Made by a program: the position numbers and the translations under genes. Below the pieces are notes generated by a model. That model ran no database searches. It worked only from the letters and a program-made list of their open reading frames with translations, and was not told where the DNA came from. Shown here piece by piece: positions 58,987 through 64,000 of a stretch of 64,000 bases of DNA. Position 1 is the first letter of the stretch. Each line of letters opens with the position of its first letter. Where the stretch lies: positions 221,573-285,572 of the IMG/VR virus record IMGVR_UViG_3300021520_000002, one strand, 5' to 3'.

Positions 58987-61900
58987 ATGAATGTGCCACC
59001 TTATGGTGATGATAATAGACGAAAAAATAGCCATTTTAGTACCCTTAAAGTGTCGGCACAACAACAGCCAAACTTATCAGTAAGGGTTTCCCCAGGTGGA
59101 TTTTGGCACAATAGTGAATATGGCTTCACTTATTATGATTTTATTGGTGGTAGTACACCTGGTATTACACCACCAATTTCAGATGCTTATTGGGTAATTG
59201 TAGCTCTTAATGTTGTTAATGATCTCGTTGAAATTGAAACTATATATGGTCCAATTGCCCACCATTCACCACCTTTACCTCAAATTCCGATTGGAAGAAT
59301 ATCTCTTGCCGCTATCTATTTAGAGAGTACAGATCTCAAAATAACTGATGAAATGATTTATGATGTAAGAGCACTTTATCATACATTAGATGAATTAAAT
59401 GGTGAGGATGGAACATCGGGGAGTTCAGGTAGTAGTGGAAGATCAGGAACAAGTGGTTCTTCAGGTACAAGTGGAAGACAAGGTACTTCTGGTACTTCAT
59501 CAACATCTGTAACTTCGGGAACATCAGGAATAGGAACCTCTGGTACTTCTGGATCATCAGGAATTTCTGGAACATCAGGTCGTTCTGGTACTAGTGGAAC
59601 CTCGGCAACATCAGTAACTTCTGGAACATCAGGTAGAACAGGTTCTTCAGGTACATCCGGTTCTTCTGGTCGTTCTGGTACTTCAGGTCGTTCTGGAACA
59701 AGTGGAACATCTGGAAGTAGTGGTTCATCTGGAACTTCAGGAAAAAAAGGTGATGTAGGAACTTCTGGAACAGGTGGAACTTCAGGATCATCAGGTAGTT
59801 CAGGTAGTAGCGGTTCAAGTGGTAGTAGTGGTACTTCTGCAACATCAGTAACATCTGGAACTTCAGGTTCTAATGGTACTTCAGGGTCTTCTGGAACAAG
59901 TGGAAGCTCTGGAACAAGTGGTTCATCTGGTACAAGTGGAACTTCAGGTACATCTGGTTCTGATGGTTCTTCTGGTACATCTGGTAGTAGTGGAACAAGT
60001 GGAAGCTCTGGAACATCAGGAAGTTCAGGTACAAGTGGTTCTGATGGAACGTCTGGAACTTCAGGTTCTGATGGCACATCAGGTAGTTCTGGTACAAGCG
60101 GTATAGATGGATCATCTGGAACAAGTGGTATAGATGGCACATCAGGTACGTCAGGTTCTGATGGAACTTCAGGTAGCTCTGGATTATCAGGAAGTTCTGG
60201 TACATCTGGTTCTGATGGAACTTCTGGAAGTTCAGGTTCATCGGGTTCTGATGGTACATCTGGATCTTCAGGTAGTAGTGGAACTAGTGGAATAGATGGA
60301 ACATCTGGAACATCGGGTTCTGATGGAACTAGTGGTTCTTCAGGCACATCAGGATTTGGAACTTCAGGTAGTTCTGGAACAAGTGGTTCTGGAACATCAG
60401 GAAGTTCAGGCACAAGTGGTATAGATGGAACGTCTGGAACTTCAGGTTCTGATGGAACTTCAGGTAGCTCTGGATTATCAGGAAGTTCTGGAACATCAGG
60501 AAGTTCAGGTACAAGTGGAACTTCAGGTTCTGATGGTACTTCTGGGTCTTCTGGAACAAGTGGAAACTCTGGAACCTCAGGAAGTTCTGGTACAAGTGGT
60601 ATAGATGGAACGTCTGGAACTTCAGGTTCTGATGGTACTTCTGGGTCTTCTGGAACAAGTGGAAGCTCTGGAACTTCAGGTTCTGATGGTACTTCCGGGT
60701 CTTCTGGAACAAGTGGAAGTTCTGGTACATCAGGTAGTTCTGGTACAAGTGGTATAGATGGAACGTCTGGAACTTCAGGGTTTTCTGGAACAAGTGGAAG
60801 CTCTGGAACTAGTGGAATAGATGGTACATCAGGTTCATCTGGGACAAGCGGTTCAAGTGGAACATCAGGTAGTTCTGGAACAAGTGGAACTTCAGGTTCT
60901 GATGGTACTTCTGGATCTTCAGGAACTTCAGGTTCTGATGGTACAAGTGGAAGTTCTGGCACATCAGGTAGTTCAGGTACAAGTGGTACTTCTGGAACAT
61001 CTGGAAGTTCTGGTACAAGTGGTATAGATGGAACGTCTGGAACTTCAGGTTCTGATGGAACTTCTGGGTCTTCTGGAACAAGTGGGTCGAGTGGAACATC
61101 TGGTAGTTCTGGTTCATCTGGAAGTTCTGGTACAAGTGGTATAGATGGTACGTCTGGAACTTCAGGTTCTAATGGTACTTCAGGGTCTTCTGGAACAAGT
61201 GGAAGTTCTGGCACCAGTGGTACATCTGGATCTGATGGTACATCTGGATCTTCAGGTAGTTCTGGAACAAGTGGTAGTAGTGGAACGTCTGGAAGTTCTG
61301 GTACAAGTGGAACTTCAGGTTCTGATGGTACTTCCGGGTCTTCTGGAACGTCTGGAAGTTCTGGTACAAGTGGAACTTCAGGTTCTGATGGTATATCAGG
61401 GTCTTCTGGCACAAGTGGAAGTTCTGGAACATCAGGTAGTTCAGGTACAAGTGGTAGTAGTGGATCATCTGGTTCTGACGGTACAAGTGGGTCAAGTGGC
61501 ACATCAGGAAGTTCAGGTACGAGTGGACATAGTGGAACATCAGGATCTTCTGGAACAAGTGGAGAAGGTTTTGAATGGGTTGGAGCTTGGACACTTTCTG
61601 ATTCTTATGATTTAAATCAAATAGTTGAAGATGGTGGTAATTCATACATCTGTAAATTAGCAAATATAGCAACAGCAAATACTGAACCTGGTATTGGTGA
61701 TGATTGGGAAACATATTGGGATTTATTTGCTCATGGTGGTACAGGAACATCTGGTACATCAGGAAGTTCAGGTTCTGATGGAACTTCTGGGTCGAGTGGA
61801 ACATCTGGAAGTTCAGGTACTAGTGGTATAGATGGAACATCAGGTTCTAGTGGAACATCTGGTAGTTCAGGTACAAGTGGAAGTAGTGGAACATCTGGAA

Positions 61901-64000
61901 CATCAGGTTCTGATGGAACATCTGGTAGTTCTGGAACTTCAGGTTCTGATGGTACTTCAGGTTCTAGCGGTAGTAGTGGAACAAGTGGTAGTAGTGGAAC
62001 AAGTGGTAGTAGTGGAACAAGTGGTATAGATGGAACATCAGGGTCTAGTGGAACTTCAGGAAGTTCTGGAACTAGTGGAACTTCAGGTTCTGATGGAACA
62101 AGTGGCACGTCTGGTACAAGTGGTATAGATGGTACGTCTGGAACTTCAGGTTCTAATGGTACTTCAGGGTCTTCTGGAACAAGTGGAAGTTCTGGAACAA
62201 GTGGTTCATCTGGTACAAGTGGTTCATCTGGTACAAGTGGAACTTCAGGTACATCTGGTTCTGATGGTTCTTCTGGTACATCTGGTACATCTGGTAGTAG
62301 TGGAACAAGTGGGTCGAGTGGAACATCAGGAAGTTCAGGTACAAGTGGTTCTGATGGAACGTCTGGAACTTCAGGTTCTGATGGCACATCAGGTAGTTCT
62401 GGTACAAGCGGTATAGATGGATCATCTGGAACTTCAGGTTCTGATGGAACTTCTGGGTCTTCTGGAACAAGTGGGTCGAGTGGAACATCTGGTAGTTCTG
62501 GTACATCTGGAAGTTCTGGTACAAGTGGTATAGATGGAACGTCTGGTACTTCAGGGTCTTCTGGAACAAGTGGAAGCTCTGGAACATCTGGAAGTTCTGG
62601 TACAAGTGGTATAGATGGAACGTCTGGAACTTCAGGTTCTAATGGTACTTCAGGGTCTTCTGGAACAAGTGGAAGCTCTGGAACATCTGGAAGTTCTGGT
62701 ACAAGTGGTATAGATGGAACGTCTGGAACTTCAGGTTCTGATGGAACTTCTGGGTCTTCTGGAACAAGTGGGTCGAGTGGAACATCTGGTAGTTCTGGTT
62801 CATCTGGAAGTTCTGGTACAAGTGGTATAGATGGTACGTCTGGAACTTCAGGTTCTAATGGTACTTCAGGGTCTTCTGGAACAAGTGGAAGCTCTGGAAC
62901 ATCTGGAAGTTCTGGTACATCTGGAACTTCAGGTTCTGATGGAACCTCTGGGTCTTCTGGAACAAGTGGTGAAGGGACAGCTGGAACCTCTGGAAGTTCT
63001 GGAACATCTGGAGTAAGTGGAAGTTCTGGAAGTGATTATTTTTATCAATCTGGTAATGGTGATGATGGATATAGATATTCAAATAGTTTTGATAATACAT
63101 CATTATATGTTCAATTAGGAAAAGGCACTTCTAATGGTACCAGTGCATTTTTTAGATTTGTAAATGTGACAATTCCAAAAGGAGCAATAATATTATCTGC
63201 AATTTTAACTCTCACATCAACAACTGATGATTCATCTGACTTTATGCATTTAGATTATTTTTTTAATGATGCTGATGATGCAATTGCTCCTACGAATATT
63301 ACAGAACTTGATAATTTAGCTAAAACAACGAATATTCGTCAATGGGATTTTGATCATTTTGTAACAGATCAATCTTATGATTCTCCAGAACTTAAGACTA
63401 TTCTTCAAACAGTTATTAATAGAAATGGTTGGGAATCTGGTAATGCAGTAATAATAATGATGAATGATATTTCAAGTTCAGCAAATGCTGGAAGAAAAGT
63501 TTATTCGATTAGAGATGAAGAAGGTTATCAACCTGAATTATATGTATATTGGTATATGCCTTCTACAAGTGGAACCTCTGGAAGTTCAGGTACAAGTGGT
63601 ATTGGAACATCAGGTTCTGATGGAACCTCTGGAAGTTCTGGAACAAGTGGTAGTAGTGGAACGTCAGGAGCAGCTGGAGCGCCAGGTACATCTGGAACTT
63701 CAGGTTCTGATGGAACCTCTGGAAGTTCTGGAACAAGTGGTAGTAGTGGAACGTCAGGAGCAGCTGGAGCGCCAGGTACATCTGGAACTTCAGGTTCTGA
63801 TGGAACAAGTGGAACTTCAGGATCTGATGGAACTTCAGGATCTTCAGGAACATCTGGAGGGACTGGAACATCAGGAAGTTCTGGAACAAGTGGTAGTAGT
63901 GGAACGTCAGGAGCAGCTGGAGCGCCAGGTACATCTGGAACTTCAGGTTCTGATGGAACCTCTGGAAGTTCTGGAACAAGTGGTAGTAGTGGAACGTCAG
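58987..64000 (+). CDS. giant Gly-Ser/Thr triplet fibre protein, 3-prime truncated by window (at least 1671 codons; absent from ORF track)
   Basis: SD GGGAGG then [30 protein letters not shown], paralogous to 55603; CBM5/12-like module near 61564-61735; DNRLRE/CBM96-like domain near 63035-63560. Confidence 0.85.
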   Translation, partial: MNVPPYGDDNRRKNSHFSTLKVSAQQQPNLSVRVSPGGFWHNSEYGFTYYDFIGGSTPGITPPISDAYWVIVALNVVNDLVEIETIYGPIAHHSPPLPQIPIGRISLAAIYLESTDLKITDEMIYDVRALYHTLDELNGEDGTSGSSGSSGRSGTSGSSGTSGRQGTSGTSSTSVTSGTSGIGTSGTSGSSGISGTSGRSGTSGTSATSVTSGTSGRTGSSGTSGSSGRSGTSGRSGTSGTSGSSGSSGTSGKKGDVGTSGTGGTSGSSGSSGSSGSSGSSGTSATSVTSGTSGSNGTSGSSGTSGSSGTSGSSGTSGTSGTSGSDGSSGTSGSSGTSGSSGTSGSSGTSGSDGTSGTSGSDGTSGSSGTSGIDGSSGTSGIDGTSGTSGSDGTSGSSGLSGSSGTSGSDGTSGSSGSSGSDGTSGSSGSSGTSGIDGTSGTSGSDGTSGSSGTSGFGTSGSSGTSGSGTSGSSGTSGIDGTSGTSGSDGTSGSSGLSGSSGTSGSSGTSGTSGSDGTSGSSGTSGNSGTSGSSGTSGIDGTSGTSGSDGTSGSSGTSGSSGTSGSDGTSGSSGTSGSSGTSGSSGTSGIDGTSGTSGFSGTSGSSGTSGIDGTSGSSGTSGSSGTSGSSGTSGTSGSDGTSGSSGTSGSDGTSGSSGTSGSSGTSGTSGTSGSSGTSGIDGTSGTSGSDGTSGSSGTSGSSGTSGSSGSSGSSGTSGIDGTSGTSGSNGTSGSSGTSGSSGTSGTSGSDGTSGSSGSSGTSGSSGTSGSSGTSGTSGSDGTSGSSGTSGSSGTSGTSGSDGISGSSGTSGSSGTSGSSGTSGSSGSSGSDGTSGSSGTSGSSGTSGHSGTSGSSGTSGEGFEWVGAWTLSDSYDLNQIVEDGGNSYICKLANIATANTEPGIGDDWETYWDLFAHGGTGTSGTSGSSGSDGTSGSSGTSGSSGTSGIDGTSGSSGTSGSSGTSGSSGTSGTSGSDGTSGSSGTSGSDGTSGSSGSSGTSGSSGTSGSSGTSGIDGTSGSSGTSGSSGTSGTSGSDGTSGTSGTSGIDGTSGTSGSNGTSGSSGTSGSSGTSGSSGTSGSSGTSGTSGTSGSDGSSGTSGTSGSSGTSGSSGTSGSSGTSGSDGTSGTSGSDGTSGSSGTSGIDGSSGTSGSDGTSGSSGTSGSSGTSGSSGTSGSSGTSGIDGTSGTSGSSGTSGSSGTSGSSGTSGIDGTSGTSGSNGTSGSSGTSGSSGTSGSSGTSGIDGTSGTSGSDGTSGSSGTSGSSGTSGSSGSSGSSGTSGIDGTSGTSGSNGTSGSSGTSGSSGTSGSSGTSGTSGSDGTSGSSGTSGEGTAGTSGSSGTSGVSGSSGSDYFYQSGNGDDGYRYSNSFDNTSLYVQLGKGTSNGTSAFFRFVNVTIPKGAIILSAILTLTSTTDDSSDFMHLDYFFNDADDAIAPTNITELDNLAKTTNIRQWDFDHFVTDQSYDSPELKTILQTVINRNGWESGNAVIIMMNDISSSANAGRKVYSIRDEEGYQPELYVYWYMPSTSGTSGSSGTSGIGTSGSDGTSGSSGTSGSSGTSGAAGAPGTSGTSGSDGTSGSSGTSGSSGTSGAAGAPGTSGTSGSDGTSGTSGSDGTSGSSGTSGGTGTSGSSGTSGSSGTSGAAGAPGTSGTSGSDGTSGSSGTSGSSGTS
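59401..64000 (+). repeat. 9-bp-periodic low-complexity repeat encoding [12 protein letters not shown] triplets, with near-exact 90-bp duplications after 63619
   Basis: directly visible. Confidence 0.9.

Noticed and set aside
56081-63979. Long Pro/Glu/Asp/Val and Gln/Leu/Val ORFs (e.g. 59379-61502 -, 56093-57223 +)
   Set aside because: Shadow frames of the Gly-Ser/Thr repeat; no SD, and the true frame has a paralogous N-terminus and globular domains.
1-64000. Genome-wide TAG recoding
   Set aside because: Code 11 gives dense intact ORFs including structural genes, and TAG ends many genes right at the next SD or start.

Overview
AT-rich segment of a jumbo-phage genome (standard genetic code; ORFs up to 2233 aa are open under code 11). 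1-22.5 kb (- strand): split phage multisubunit RNA polymerase genes (beta C-terminal part, beta-prime in two pieces with NADFDGD), PRTase, thymidylate synthase, DHH phosphoesterase, FolE2, SLOG/MoCo-carrier, HU-like, SWIM, PAAR and many small ORFs. 23.4-29.3 kb: Zn-ribbon protein, two methyltransferases, thioredoxin. 29.3-42.7 kb (- strand): early-type small ORFs including CYTH and HD hydrolases. 43-64 kb (+ strand): four paralogous giant fibre genes alternating with DUF1617-like genes; the last fibre ORF (58987 to window end) is missing from the ORF track. Best candidates for new biology: (1) a leader ORF with an amber codon at position 3 and an RSPP arrest-like motif whose Pro-Pro codons pair with the SD of an operon encoding a Pth2-like hydrolase and an amber-suppressor tRNA(CUA); (2) stacks of tiny promoter-RNA-terminator units, including two covarying paralogous ~145-nt RNAs; (3) a dispersed palindrome ATCGGCAAGATCT-N6/8-AGATCTTGCCGAT whose half-site is also strongly over-represented inside genes. 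Functional calls are from motif recognition by eye; no database searches were run.
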